Below are positions 19,417-30,100 of a stretch of DNA of 64,000 nucleotides, piece by piece. Below the pieces are notes generated by a model. It had not been told where the DNA came from. It did not search any database and was given only the letters and a program-made list of their open reading frames with translations. The stretch lies in the IMG/VR virus record IMGVR_UViG_3300035698_022242. One strand, written 5' to 3'. This DNA is from an uncultured virus (IMG/VR IMGVR_UViG_3300035698_022242) (lineage: Duplodnaviria > Heunggongvirae > Uroviricota > Caudoviricetes). A program made the translations under genes and the position numbers. How positions within the stretch are numbered: position 1 is the first letter of the stretch; the number at the start of each line of letters is the position of its first letter.

Positions 19417-20832
19417 TTACACCAACACGGCTCTTCCATATACAGCATACTGATTAGGACCAACACTGATCGTTTCATTTATTGGGAGATAATTTATACC
19501 GACCTCATCCGTAAGGTAAAAACTATTAATAACAACAGCATCAACAGCCGACACAACGAAATCCCCATAACCTTCCTGCAAAACAATGGTTAAATCACTC
19601 TTCTGAATATTGTCTCCTAACCTATAAGTACTCATAAACTGACTAAGTGCGTTTCTGCAGCGTGTCCGCGTAGATGCTATGTCCGCATTAGTATTTAAAG
19701 TAAACGTAGCATTTATATATAGACTAAGTGGAAAAGCTCTTTTTGCCATGTAATTCGATGTAAAAACGTTATTATTATCATTTTCTAGCGTACCTTGTAA
19801 ATTATAAATATACTCATTATAATTATATGTGACCGTAAAAGAAGTTCCATCAGGTATTGCAGACGCCGTGCGAATCTCTATATAGTCTTGTCCGTATTTA
19901 CTCCTACGTAACGGAGAAGAATTGTCAATATATGCATCATAATACGCTGCCCCAATAGTCCCCACAGCGGACGATACAACAGATGTAACGTCTTTTACTG
20001 GGCGCTTAGACAAGTAATACCGATCCCGTGAAGAATAATATATAAAGGTATCTGATGTAGAGGAAACATATGGGTCTATAACAAATAAATCAACACCATC
20101 ACAACGCTCTGACGTAGAATCTTCAACTCTAACCGCATTAGCATCTAAAAATCCACTATCTTTAATATACCCGCGTATTCCGTTTGGCACATTTTTACCA
20201 ATACCAGTACGTTTTAATCTAACACGATCTTTTAAATCATCATCATCCTCCTTGTCAGCCCCCCCTACGGATGCATTCAAATTAGTAACACCCGTAATGC
20301 CTGCAATAGACCCCGTAATCACCGTGATTGTATCCGCACCAACATTCCCCACAGACCCTTTCTCGGCACCAATAGCGGATGCACTAATTTCATACCGTGC
20401 CCGATCATACGAATAATAATTATCTATGCTGGTCGAAGAAATAGTCATATTACTAACGATATTAAAAATAACGGGGTCATCAAATGAACTACCCAAAGTA
20501 GACACTATTTGCCCAGCAGGAATTAAGATGTCTGATATAGGCTTAGTGATTGTCCAAAAGGTCACAGTAACCGACGCGACACTACCATCTGATCGCTCTA
20601 ATGTATAGTTTGTTGCTTCATCATCAATTTGTACCCCAGTACTTTTAGACAAATACTGCCTAGTAGCCACATCTGTGGCCTGGTCAGACAACAAACGCCC
20701 CGCAATAGACATTGGAAACAAAATAATATCGCGCAACAACCCACCACTACCTGTATCTATCGATTTATTATACGACCGTATAAATACAGATAACGAAGAT
20801 AGTATTTCACCAAGCGATCTAACTAGAGCCAT
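19417..20832 (-). CDS. Baseplate J-like wedge protein
   Basis: STGVQIDDEA, IPAGQIVST, GSVGNVGADTI, VTNLNASVGGADKEDDDDLKDR motifs. Confidence 0.9.
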   Translation of the reverse strand: MALVRSLGEILSSLSVFIRSYNKSIDTGSGGLLRDIILFPMSIAGRLLSDQATDVATRQYLSKSTGVQIDDEATNYTLERSDGSVASVTVTFWTITKPISDILIPAGQIVSTLGSSFDDPVIFNIVSNMTISSTSIDNYYSYDRARYEISASAIGAEKGSVGNVGADTITVITGSIAGITGVTNLNASVGGADKEDDDDLKDRVRLKRTGIGKNVPNGIRGYIKDSGFLDANAVRVEDSTSERCDGVDLFVIDPYVSSTSDTFIYYSSRDRYYLSKRPVKDVTSVVSSAVGTIGAAYYDAYIDNSSPLRRSKYGQDYIEIRTASAIPDGTSFTVTYNYNEYIYNLQGTLENDNNNVFTSNYMAKRAFPLSLYINATFTLNTNADIASTRTRCRNALSQFMSTYRLGDNIQKSDLTIVLQEGYGDFVVSAVDAVVINSFYLTDEVGINYLPINETISVGPNQYAVYGRAVLV

Positions 20833-20841
20833 ATCAGTATC

Positions 20842-21564
20842 CTATAACTTTGCTTTACGTGTTGATAACCTAATTTCGTTATCATCTAAACTTTTAACTT
20901 TTACATCTGCCACGAATAATCTAGGTTCATCGGCATCTTGATACACATATGTACTTACTATTTCCTCTAAAAGCTCAGATTGTTTAAAATCCCTAACACT
21001 ATCTACATAAAATGTTATTTGTTTATTTCCTGGAATTGCAACAAAATATTGCCCGATTACAGGATTTTGTTTAGACGCAAACGCACTAGGTGTTACCGAT
21101 ATCTTATCTACTATATTAGACTCATACTCACTATAAACTTTTGTTATTGCGAAATCATAAGTTTTTGCGTTATCTAATTCTGTAATAGTATATTTTGTCC
21201 GTATGGGATTGTCTGTAACTGACGCGTATGTGTACACTGTACCAGTATACTTGTACACTTTTAATCCATAACCCAAAATATCGGTGTCTATTCGGTTAGT
21301 TTCACTTATTTGATCAGACCGCATACCGCGCAAAGTAGATGTTATCAGCGCCTTTATTATGCGTGCGTATCCTGACCCAGAATTAAAATTAATAAGAGAA
21401 TCTTTAGTCTTTTCATTAATTAATGCGCGCATAAGCTGAATGATGAGTTTGTCACGGCCCTCAACAAGCACAATATCCCCGGTGCTTGACAAAGGAAGTG
21501 TAAACGCGCCTACTGATAGGCTATCAGTTTTTTGAACAAGTAGCTCACCCTGAAAATAAGACAT
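20842..21564 (-). CDS. Baseplate wedge (gp25-like) protein with FN3-like insertion
   Basis: GDIVLVEGRDKLIIQL N-terminus and DEPRLFVADVKV C-terminus; immediately upstream of baseplate J. Confidence 0.65.
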   Translation of the reverse strand: MSYFQGELLVQKTDSLSVGAFTLPLSSTGDIVLVEGRDKLIIQLMRALINEKTKDSLINFNSGSGYARIIKALITSTLRGMRSDQISETNRIDTDILGYGLKVYKYTGTVYTYASVTDNPIRTKYTITELDNAKTYDFAITKVYSEYESNIVDKISVTPSAFASKQNPVIGQYFVAIPGNKQITFYVDSVRDFKQSELLEEIVSTYVYQDADEPRLFVADVKVKSLDDNEIRLSTRKAKL

Positions 21565-21567
21565 GTC

Positions 21568-22065
21568 CTACCCACTTGTTTGTTCATACGTCGTATTTGT
21601 TTGTGCGCAGTATTCGATTGCATCTTTAAAATCTTCTAACACACCTATCCACAAAGTTATTTCTTCAGATTTTTCATTTTCATCCTTTATATCTTGTAAT
21701 TGCTTTTCTACTTCAAACTGTTTTTCTATAATATCAGAAAAAGCTGTTTTATAAAAATTATTAACAGTGCTTGCTAAGGTAGCAACCGGGGGGCAATCTG
21801 CCCACGGCTTAGTATACGCACGCAATAAACCCAAAGGAGCACCAATAGTACTTAACCCAGTTTCTAATACCACCAATTCTAATTCTAATTCCTTTCCACG
21901 TACATAATCTCCTAAATCTTTAGGAATAAGTATTAAAAGTCCCTGAGTTGTTTTCAAAAAAGCAATAGCTACGTCTAAAAACCCGACAAGAGCGCTCTTG
22001 TACCCGCTTATTGCGTTCACAAACGCACATACACACTCCATATTTTCAAAATTTTCGTTAGCCAT
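21568..22065 (-). CDS. Hypothetical helical baseplate-region protein
   Basis: 165 aa, GAGG RBS. Confidence 0.55.
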   Translation of the reverse strand: MANENFENMECVCAFVNAISGYKSALVGFLDVAIAFLKTTQGLLILIPKDLGDYVRGKELELELVVLETGLSTIGAPLGLLRAYTKPWADCPPVATLASTVNNFYKTAFSDIIEKQFEVEKQLQDIKDENEKSEEITLWIGVLEDFKDAIEYCAQTNTTYEQTSG

Positions 22066-22158
22066 GCTACCTCGCTAAGCTGTATTTTATCATAGGGAGC
22101 AAAAAACATTAAGCTACTGAACAGTCTTATGGAGTATTATACATAAAAGAGGTGAAAA

Positions 22159-23085
22159 ATGCAAATTAATCATAATGATAACATCCATGTAAAGACGCAT
22201 AATGACTTAGACGCCGTGTCGTCTGTTATCCTTCTAAAACACGTTTATAAAAACCAATTAGTATCAGTAGAGTATAATTCTTACAACGATATAGAAAAAA
22301 GTATTAAAAGTTTTCTAAACAATCATGAGTATACCGCAGGAGATATTCTGCTTATTACAGATATCAGTTTCCCTGACGAATTAGCACAACAACTTGATAA
22401 AACAGAAGACCTACGTGTATACCTCTTCGACCACCATAACACAGCCCTAAAACTAAACAAATACACATGGGCAACAGTAGCGTCAGACCCGCACGAATCT
22501 GCTACTGGGGTAGTTTACCGGGCGTTACCCAAAGATACCTTATCAGATTATGCCGAATTAACAGCAGCAACCACTGCATGGGATACCTGGGATTTAGAAT
22601 CAAAACATAGATTAGATGGTGAACGCATCAACACGTTGCTTGGACTTATGGGTAAAGAAGAATTCATTAGAGCGCACTTAAAAAACCCTACCGCATGGAA
22701 ATCAGAACCATACGTAACAATTACTGCGCTATTAGAAGCTAAACGAGACCGCTACATCAATCAAGTTATCCGAGTACAGGGGATGAAAGCCCAAGTACAT
22801 CTTGACGGGTTATGCCAACACTACATCATTATTTTTGCAACAGACTATATTTCAGAACTTGGTAACCAATTATTAGAAAGACGAGGAGATGATATATCTT
22901 ATGTATGCGTTATTAATCCTGTGTTCAATACAGTATCATTAAGAAGTAAAGGAGAAATTGATGTAAGCAAAATCGCAAAATATTTAGGTGGTGGCGGACA
23001 CAAAAACGCAGCAGGATTTAGAGTAAGCTTTACAACAGATATTAATGAAGTAGTAGACCAGATACTAAATAGAGTAAATTATTAA
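22159..23085 (+). CDS. DHH/DHHA1 phosphoesterase (NrnB/oligoribonuclease-like)
   Basis: THNDLDA, LITDIS, FDHH, ESAT, SLRS and GGGGHKNAAG motifs; GAGGTG RBS. Confidence 0.92.
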   Translation: MQINHNDNIHVKTHNDLDAVSSVILLKHVYKNQLVSVEYNSYNDIEKSIKSFLNNHEYTAGDILLITDISFPDELAQQLDKTEDLRVYLFDHHNTALKLNKYTWATVASDPHESATGVVYRALPKDTLSDYAELTAATTAWDTWDLESKHRLDGERINTLLGLMGKEEFIRAHLKNPTAWKSEPYVTITALLEAKRDRYINQVIRVQGMKAQVHLDGLCQHYIIIFATDYISELGNQLLERRGDDISYVCVINPVFNTVSLRSKGEIDVSKIAKYLGGGGHKNAAGFRVSFTTDINEVVDQILNRVNY

Positions 23086-24281
23086 GTGGTCTTCACTACC
23101 GTTGACATCGACGTAATCAAATTAGCCATGTAAGCGGATACAGCGGTATTATATGCGGCTACTGCGCCGTTATACGCGGTTACTGCCGCTGTGTATGTTA
23201 CGGTTAACCCACTATACCCCCCCGCAGCCGCACCTATTATAGCTATTGCAGCAGCATTAGTTATGGGAAGGGGTGGTGCTGGGGGAACTACCATAGGTAC
23301 AACCGTTGCCATCGTACCAAATATAGCAGCCGATGCGGTCATAAACGCAGTTTCAGCAGTTAAAAATATTTGCTCAGCACCCAACAATGTTTGCTCAGCT
23401 GCCAACAGCGTATTAACCAGCCCTGTAAATGTAGTTCCTTTAATTACTGGTTCAGGAGCGACTAACATACCTAAGTTAATAAGCTGTGCAGTAAGGGACA
23501 TTTGTCCAGTCGCTGCTGCATTAATTTCAATATTACCAATCTCATCTAATTTAACATTAGCTTCCGTTCCAGGTATCAGTCCCGTTTTAAGCATGGCGAA
23601 TACACGCGTACCAAACGAACTTAATTCAACTAATCCAAATTTATCAATTACATTACCGATTACAAAACTGGCTAAATTAGCAGATCCAAGTTTAACATTT
23701 ACATTGAATTCCTGAGCGCTTAATCCACTTGTGTCTAACGCAAGCTTATAGCCAATTGCGGGTAAACTCCGCAACACACTTCCCGCAGAAACCGTAACAG
23801 ACGTAGCAGAATTTTTAATTGTACGAGCAAGAGTCTGTAATAATCGTATGGGAGCACCTTGTCGATACCGGGTGTACTTGACACCATCCCCACCAGGGTG
23901 CATAAGACTGACATTCCCACTATTAGCCAAGTGCATCCAACTTCCTACTGAGGGATTAGATAAGTACGTTTCTCCCGCAGCTACTTCACGAACATTGAAC
24001 GGCTTCTGCGTAACCGGGTCCACTTCCCCGTCCAATTGCCTACCATATCCGAAGTCGGCCCTACCGAAATAAGAATACCCGTCGAGATCATTACCAGTAA
24101 CTAGGCCCATATCCCCAACTTTAGGTAAACTATAATTTCCAGGAGAATTAATTGGCATAACTTGAGACTTTACAATATCTAACCCTGGCCAAGAAACATT
24201 TAATAAACGATTCTTAGAATCTACGCTAACAACTTTTCCGTAGAATTCTTCATTTCCTTGCGGTGGTCTTGTAACACCCAT
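23082..24281 (-). CDS. Baseplate central spike (gp5/gpV-like) with Ala-rich helical C-terminus
   Basis: N-terminal OB-like GKVVSVD...LPKVGD; follows hub gene. Confidence 0.65.
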   Translation of the reverse strand: MGVTRPPQGNEEFYGKVVSVDSKNRLLNVSWPGLDIVKSQVMPINSPGNYSLPKVGDMGLVTGNDLDGYSYFGRADFGYGRQLDGEVDPVTQKPFNVREVAAGETYLSNPSVGSWMHLANSGNVSLMHPGGDGVKYTRYRQGAPIRLLQTLARTIKNSATSVTVSAGSVLRSLPAIGYKLALDTSGLSAQEFNVNVKLGSANLASFVIGNVIDKFGLVELSSFGTRVFAMLKTGLIPGTEANVKLDEIGNIEINAAATGQMSLTAQLINLGMLVAPEPVIKGTTFTGLVNTLLAAEQTLLGAEQIFLTAETAFMTASAAIFGTMATVVPMVVPPAPPLPITNAAAIAIIGAAAGGYSGLTVTYTAAVTAYNGAVAAYNTAVSAYMANLITSMSTVVKTT

Positions 24282-24296
24282 AAAATAAAAATCCTT

Positions 24297-26474
24297 TTAA
24301 AAATTCTTATCAGTTAAAGCAAGTACCGCAGCACTGTCAAAATTATCAGAAAGATCAACATCAATTTTACTAGCCTGCCGTTGAGCATACTCTAAACTAT
24401 ATGCGTCCTCTGTACCTAAATAATCTTGCCACTCACGTACAGGTAACTCTTCCAATAACTCTTGTGCAGCAACATCCCCATTTGTTTTGTACACCTTTTC
24501 AGACATTATAATAAAGCTTTGTAAATCTGCCGCTGGTTCCGCATATTTTCTACCAAAACTACAATTCATCGACGTTACTGCATCGCCACCTATACTTACC
24601 GTGTGATTAACTGTATTTATATAAAACACAGTGTCATCATCAGTATAATACACCGGTTCAGCTAGATCCATAAGTTCTGGTCTATGAATAATGGTAGCTT
24701 CTTTAGTAAATAATTCAGCATTTCGATAAATAAGCATGACAGCAGCAGCTATATTACCGAAAGTATTCACTACTTTTTTGGTTTTTCCAGAAGAATTAGT
24801 AAAAGGTACATTAATATTGAACATAGGATTATTAACTAAATCACGACGATAACCAAACCTAGATATATATTTCTTATTGACAGCACTTCCAACAATCCCG
24901 CCAATCTCATGCCCCATTGCGTTTACTGGGTCTTTCCCAGTCAACTTTAAAAATGTAACAAGTTCTTCAAAGTTTAATGACGGAGCTATGGACGTTATTT
25001 CCTCTGGCCCCAGTACGTTTACTCCTGGCCATTCACGTTCATTTCCCCCCTGAGTAGACGTCCCGTGGGCATCAATAACATTATATTTTAAGAATTTATT
25101 AGCAAACCTCTGGGGATGATAATGCACATTTCCCGCACCATCTACATAAAGCTCATAATAAACATTTCCAGCTACTTCTCTTAAAATATCTAACCTAGAA
25201 GAAAACGCAGATTCAAAAGTCTTTACCGTAGCAGCATTCCATATTCTATACGGTGTTATGTCATCTCCCCATATTATTAAATTACGTTTATGCGTATGCT
25301 GTACTAGCTCCACCATTTTATTTATAGTGAACTTATCCTTATGAATGGCTCTGTTTTGTAGTACAGTTTTTCGTAAATCCGCCTTATCGGGGGTAATAAC
25401 TTCAAAATCATCTAACTGTAATAAATTAACCCCATCACCTGCATCTTTTTTAATTGACGCCTCTATACTATCTACACGCTTAACCGTCGCCTCTGCTGTG
25501 GCCTTTGCTTCATTATCCTCTGTTACCGCGCTTCCATCAGAATTTAATTTAAATGTTCTCCCAGTAGATCCATCGTACGTTAGGTTCCCACCGTTCAACA
25601 AGGTTGTAACAATAGTAACGTGGTTATGCCCATAAAATGGCTTTCCTAAAATATTAATTGCGTTTACTTGTTTCTTTTCCGCCTGCTGAATCAATGATGG
25701 CGCAGTCATTTCATGACTAAATCTAGCTAACTCAAGCACATCTTTAGCTTGTAACTGAATTTCTGCAAATCCTTGCGCATCATTAAACGAAATAGACGTA
25801 ATATAGCCGTCAAAAATAGGAAAATAATAATCACTATACATTCGCCCACGAGACCAAAGACGAATAGGTAACATTGGTACAAACAACTGTTCTAATATGG
25901 AGAGCGCATTGTTTGTGAGGGCTCTCTGTGAAAGAGCACTTCCAGAACCTAAATTTTTATTATCTTTAAATGTAATATTTGCTGACCCAATCTCTGTTCT
26001 TCCGCGCTGTACACTTATATCTGTCATTAAATAATTTATTATTTCATTCAAAAATTTATTTTGAACTAAAGAATTCGTAGGGTTGCTATCTAAGGCGTCT
26101 GTAAACGATGCAACCTTTGTTTTTGCAGACCCGCCACCAAATGCATACACATTTTCAAAATACCGCTTAACAAATTGAGCCAACCGTTTTGTTTCAGATG
26201 CCAGGATCTCTTCATCGATAAGGCGACTACGCGCCACACTACTCAACGTTTGTACAAACGTATGATTAAAATCAATAGCTACGGCAACCTGTGGATGAAA
26301 CCCTTCTTGAGGAATTACGTGTTTTACACCTTTTAAATCTTTTTTAGATAAATCGCGTACAAACGGAAAATATGCTACAGAATCTAAATCTGGACCACAT
26401 TTTACTTCTTCTCTAAACAATTCTTGCTTCAATAATTCAAATACAGTTTTATTTACAGTTTTAGATTTAGTCAT
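24297..26474 (-). CDS. Baseplate hub (gp27-like) protein
   Basis: PIFDGYITSIS...AKDVL, YELYVDGAGNVHYHP, FYINTVNHT patterns; position after tape measure. Confidence 0.75.
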   Translation of the reverse strand: MTKSKTVNKTVFELLKQELFREEVKCGPDLDSVAYFPFVRDLSKKDLKGVKHVIPQEGFHPQVAVAIDFNHTFVQTLSSVARSRLIDEEILASETKRLAQFVKRYFENVYAFGGGSAKTKVASFTDALDSNPTNSLVQNKFLNEIINYLMTDISVQRGRTEIGSANITFKDNKNLGSGSALSQRALTNNALSILEQLFVPMLPIRLWSRGRMYSDYYFPIFDGYITSISFNDAQGFAEIQLQAKDVLELARFSHEMTAPSLIQQAEKKQVNAINILGKPFYGHNHVTIVTTLLNGGNLTYDGSTGRTFKLNSDGSAVTEDNEAKATAEATVKRVDSIEASIKKDAGDGVNLLQLDDFEVITPDKADLRKTVLQNRAIHKDKFTINKMVELVQHTHKRNLIIWGDDITPYRIWNAATVKTFESAFSSRLDILREVAGNVYYELYVDGAGNVHYHPQRFANKFLKYNVIDAHGTSTQGGNEREWPGVNVLGPEEITSIAPSLNFEELVTFLKLTGKDPVNAMGHEIGGIVGSAVNKKYISRFGYRRDLVNNPMFNINVPFTNSSGKTKKVVNTFGNIAAAVMLIYRNAELFTKEATIIHRPELMDLAEPVYYTDDDTVFYINTVNHTVSIGGDAVTSMNCSFGRKYAEPAADLQSFIIMSEKVYKTNGDVAAQELLEELPVREWQDYLGTEDAYSLEYAQRQASKIDVDLSDNFDSAAVLALTDKNF

Positions 26475-27268
26475 GGCGTACTCTTAATATTACTTTTGTT
26501 ATCGTTATTGCTACTAACTCCGCTGTACTGCTCATCCCACCTACGTACTGCCTTAGCTAAATCCGAAAGTATTGCGAATGTTATTGTATACTTCCAATTC
26601 CACGGACTTTCTGCTGAAATTGAAAAAGAAAAATCTTCAAAAAATCCCCGATAAACAGACCCGTTATCCATTTCTAGTGTAAGTACATCACTATCTGCAT
26701 CACATATATCAAACATATCCTCAAGTTTTTTAAATGCTTTATATTTAGGAGACATATCAAGTTTTTCAAAATATGATAAATTTTTCATAAGCTGATCTTG
26801 CACAATTGATGCGGCAAGCGCACCCCCTTGCGTAACCGCCCCCTGTATATTATTGACTATTGGGTCCGTTTGAGAATTCAAGCCAGATGGGATAAGATTG
26901 CCCACTTGCTCAATCGTATCTGCAATAGCATTTGATCCAGAAGTAATCGATTCTGGAAGAAGCATTCCAGTATTTCCAGAAAGAGTAACAATCGTTAACT
27001 CAGTTCCCCAATCAAACACCACAAAACGTCCAGGAGCACTGGTTTGTACTTTTTGTATAATTTTCCTTTTAGAAAAATCAATATTTTCTGGATTTACTTT
27101 TAAAATTACTGTGTCTATATCTTTACTTGCCATACTTTTTGAATTTGTACGAATAGCTTCAGCAAGTTTATCCCCCTTAAATCGCCTAAACATAAGCCTT
27201 TCTGGAGAACTTTCAGAAGAAAGAAAATCGACCGCTCCAGATATTATTTGTCCAGCACCATAACCCAT
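26471..27268 (-). CDS. Tail tube initiator/baseplate protein
   Basis: LKVNPENI...VYRGFFEDFSFSISAESPWNWKY pattern; position. Confidence 0.7.
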   Translation of the reverse strand: MGYGAGQIISGAVDFLSSESSPERLMFRRFKGDKLAEAIRTNSKSMASKDIDTVILKVNPENIDFSKRKIIQKVQTSAPGRFVVFDWGTELTIVTLSGNTGMLLPESITSGSNAIADTIEQVGNLIPSGLNSQTDPIVNNIQGAVTQGGALAASIVQDQLMKNLSYFEKLDMSPKYKAFKKLEDMFDICDADSDVLTLEMDNGSVYRGFFEDFSFSISAESPWNWKYTITFAILSDLAKAVRRWDEQYSGVSSNNDNKSNIKSTP

Positions 27269-27286
27269 GGTTACTTATCCTTCTTA

Positions 27287-29611
27287 TTAAGGAACTGCCA
27301 CTTTATCCTTATTCCCCAAAATGGACGCTGCCGCCCTAGCATTATTATTTTTCTTCTTTGTCAAGCGCGCTGCACCTCTCTTCTGCCTTTCAGCTACCTC
27401 ACCCGCTATTCTATAGGACTCTCGTACACCCGCTTCATTTCCTGCATGCCTAGCACGATCAAACGCCGAACGCTCAGCACTATACGCGGGACCAGCTGAT
27501 CTTAAAAAAGATAACGTATCTGTAAGCTTCTCAGACGCATGTACTGATCGTGCTTTGTTGAACGTAGTACCAGCATCTTCCATAAACCTGCTCTGAAAAT
27601 CTTGAAAATTCTTGATTATATCCATTGGCCCATCATTACTCGCATCCGACTGGTCACGCTCTTTAGTTAATTCGCCTGCGTGTGTCCACATGGTACCCAA
27701 CCAGGATCTAGCAGCTTCACCATCATCCATAACTTCTTCGCCGTCTCCGTCTGATGCCCCAAGCTCTGTTAACAACCTTTCAGGAACTTTAAATCCATAA
27801 TCCGCGTTAACACGCTCACGTAACGACTTTTCGTCCTCTTTCCAACTACCTGTATGCCCAATAAATTTCTCATGTAGCCCATCTAGTGTATCCGATATAT
27901 GCGCGATATACCCCAACAACCTATCTTCAATCCATTTTCTTAAAAGTTCTGCTAATGTTTGTTGAAACGCCGCAGATTTTCCTGCATATGTGATAAGCTT
28001 CCCACGCTCATTCTCCCACTTCTTTCTATCTGCTTTCACTTCTACAAGTTCTTTACCGTATTCTTCTGCAAATGCTTTATCATGTTTACCCGATTCTTTT
28101 TGTGCCACAGCAGATTCAGCTAATGCAACTTGTGCTTCTTTACTAAACCCCTGCTGTTCAAATATCCCTCTTGCCTTAAGTACCGCATTGGCACGATCCG
28201 CTGAGTTCGTAGGTGTTTGTATTTTATCCTGCGCAGAATCGAGTACCTTTTGTATAGCTTCCCCTGGGTCAGTTTTAAACAACTTCTCAAAACCGAGAGC
28301 ACGCTCAGCTTGCGATCCCTTTTCATCACGCATAACAAATGCCTTCATCCCAAGACTCATATTCAACGGCATATCCATAAGAGTTTTTGCAATATCTTCA
28401 CGAACTGCTTGAGGTGCATCTAACCCTATTTCTTTTCCCTTTTTAAGTAATGTATTATACACAGCCAACACAGACATAGTATCTGTTTTATACACTCTGA
28501 CTTTATTTATTAACTCATTCCAAGTAGCCAAATAACCCTGAGCACTTACGTACACATCCGCATTCTTCTCATTGATATTAGTCAATGATGTAATAACCGC
28601 ACCGTATATATTATCTGCATCCTTCGCAGATTGGCCAAATTGGGTACGTAAATCTTTAAATGATTTTGCAGAATCAGATACAGAAATACCATAAAGATTT
28701 TGTACTGCCACCCACTCAGTTGCCACCCTGAGAGACTTCTCCGATTCCATACGTTTTTGTACTTCTTGATTAATGTGCTTATCATTTTGAGTACTTATTT
28801 TATCCTTAAGCTCACTCAATTTATTCTCATAATTGTGCAAAGACTTTACACTATCTTTAAGATTTTTAATCCTATTTTCTTGATCTTCTGAAGAACCCTG
28901 ACTTTTTTCAGCGTTTGTACCGTACTTATCAGACCACTGCGCTGGACCCTCCTTATCAAACTTATCCGTCTTCTCTTGCATACTATTTATAGAACTTACT
29001 TGATAATCGATTCGACCAGATAGTTCATTAAATCTATCTAAATCTCGCTGAGGTATTGTAAACGCTGTTTTAACATATTCTTTGCCAGCTAAGTCAGAAC
29101 CCTTAATACCCAATCTAGTTAACTCAGTTGTAACTTTAGCAGCATCTTCATAAGACATCCGAAAAGTACTGCGTAAATGCCCCATAGATGCTCTAGCTTG
29201 CTGAATGCCAGTTAACCCCCTACCAAGAGGTCCGGCTGCTTGCATCGCTAACCCTTTAATTCGCCTACCTAAATTCCACGCATCGATAAGAAGTTTTAAT
29301 ATACCACCTAAAGATAGGGTCAATCCAGTGGCGTACGATGCTGCCCCCTTTACCTCACTAGATAATTGTTTAGTTGCTTTAGCTGCGCGCTCAGTCATCG
29401 TAGCGCTTTTTTTCATAGAATCTGCCGCGTCAGTCATCCCAGCTTCTAATTTAGCAATCTCCTTCATAGACTTTTTCATGTCTTTAGAACCGAAGGCTTT
29501 ACCAAGAGACTTTGTTAGAGATGCTCCTAATGCATCAAACTTTTTAGTAACACGCTCAGCAGCAACTTCCAGCTGTTCCATCTGTTTCGCAGTTAGATTA
29601 GGACCATTCAT
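27287..29611 (-). CDS. Tape measure protein
   Basis: 774 aa alpha-helical Ala/Lys-rich protein following tail chaperones. Confidence 0.75.
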   Translation of the reverse strand: MNGPNLTAKQMEQLEVAAERVTKKFDALGASLTKSLGKAFGSKDMKKSMKEIAKLEAGMTDAADSMKKSATMTERAAKATKQLSSEVKGAASYATGLTLSLGGILKLLIDAWNLGRRIKGLAMQAAGPLGRGLTGIQQARASMGHLRSTFRMSYEDAAKVTTELTRLGIKGSDLAGKEYVKTAFTIPQRDLDRFNELSGRIDYQVSSINSMQEKTDKFDKEGPAQWSDKYGTNAEKSQGSSEDQENRIKNLKDSVKSLHNYENKLSELKDKISTQNDKHINQEVQKRMESEKSLRVATEWVAVQNLYGISVSDSAKSFKDLRTQFGQSAKDADNIYGAVITSLTNINEKNADVYVSAQGYLATWNELINKVRVYKTDTMSVLAVYNTLLKKGKEIGLDAPQAVREDIAKTLMDMPLNMSLGMKAFVMRDEKGSQAERALGFEKLFKTDPGEAIQKVLDSAQDKIQTPTNSADRANAVLKARGIFEQQGFSKEAQVALAESAVAQKESGKHDKAFAEEYGKELVEVKADRKKWENERGKLITYAGKSAAFQQTLAELLRKWIEDRLLGYIAHISDTLDGLHEKFIGHTGSWKEDEKSLRERVNADYGFKVPERLLTELGASDGDGEEVMDDGEAARSWLGTMWTHAGELTKERDQSDASNDGPMDIIKNFQDFQSRFMEDAGTTFNKARSVHASEKLTDTLSFLRSAGPAYSAERSAFDRARHAGNEAGVRESYRIAGEVAERQKRGAARLTKKKNNNARAAASILGNKDKVAVP

Positions 29612-29617
29612 ACCAAA

Positions 29618-30100
29618 TTATCCTACAGTATCTTCTTCGTTTATCTGCGCACGCCTTATAAATTTTTCATCAGAACCAAGTAATGAATTAAGATCTACCT
29701 TTCTAATTGGGGCAATGTCTTTACCCTTTTTCTTGTAAACAGCATCAAGTGCTTTTCGTACGATACTGGACGGGCGAGGAATACCATATAAACGCCCTGT
29801 TGCTTGTTGTCTTTTAAAATCCATATTTACATTTTGTCCTGGCACTTTTCCTGTCTTCTTATACTGTGCCTCATCCCGATACATTTCCGGGTTCATATAC
29901 AACTTAAACATATCAGAAAACGCTGATGCAATATCTATTTTTTCTGTGTAATCTTTATCTATGCCACACAGTAACATAGTTTTCTGAAAGAAATTTAATT
30001 TCTGAAAATTGGGGTCTGTTGGGAGGACTTTAAAGAAGGTACAAATAACTAAATCATTTGATAAAAAAGAACTTATTCCTTTTCCTCCGATTTTTTTTTT
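29618..30100 (-). CDS. Tail assembly chaperone, frameshift extension (gpT-like)
   Basis: ORF 29618..29977 stays open upstream to the A10 run, in the -1 frame of 30073..30558 (IGGKGISSFLSNDLVICTFFKVLPTDPNFQKL...). Confidence 0.8.
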   Translation of the reverse strand, partial: KKKIGGKGISSFLSNDLVICTFFKVLPTDPNFQKLNFFQKTMLLCGIDKDYTEKIDIASAFSDMFKLYMNPEMYRDEAQYKKTGKVPGQNVNMDFKRQQATGRLYGIPRPSSIVRKALDAVYKKKGKDIAPIRKVDLNSLLGSDEKFIRRAQINEEDTVG

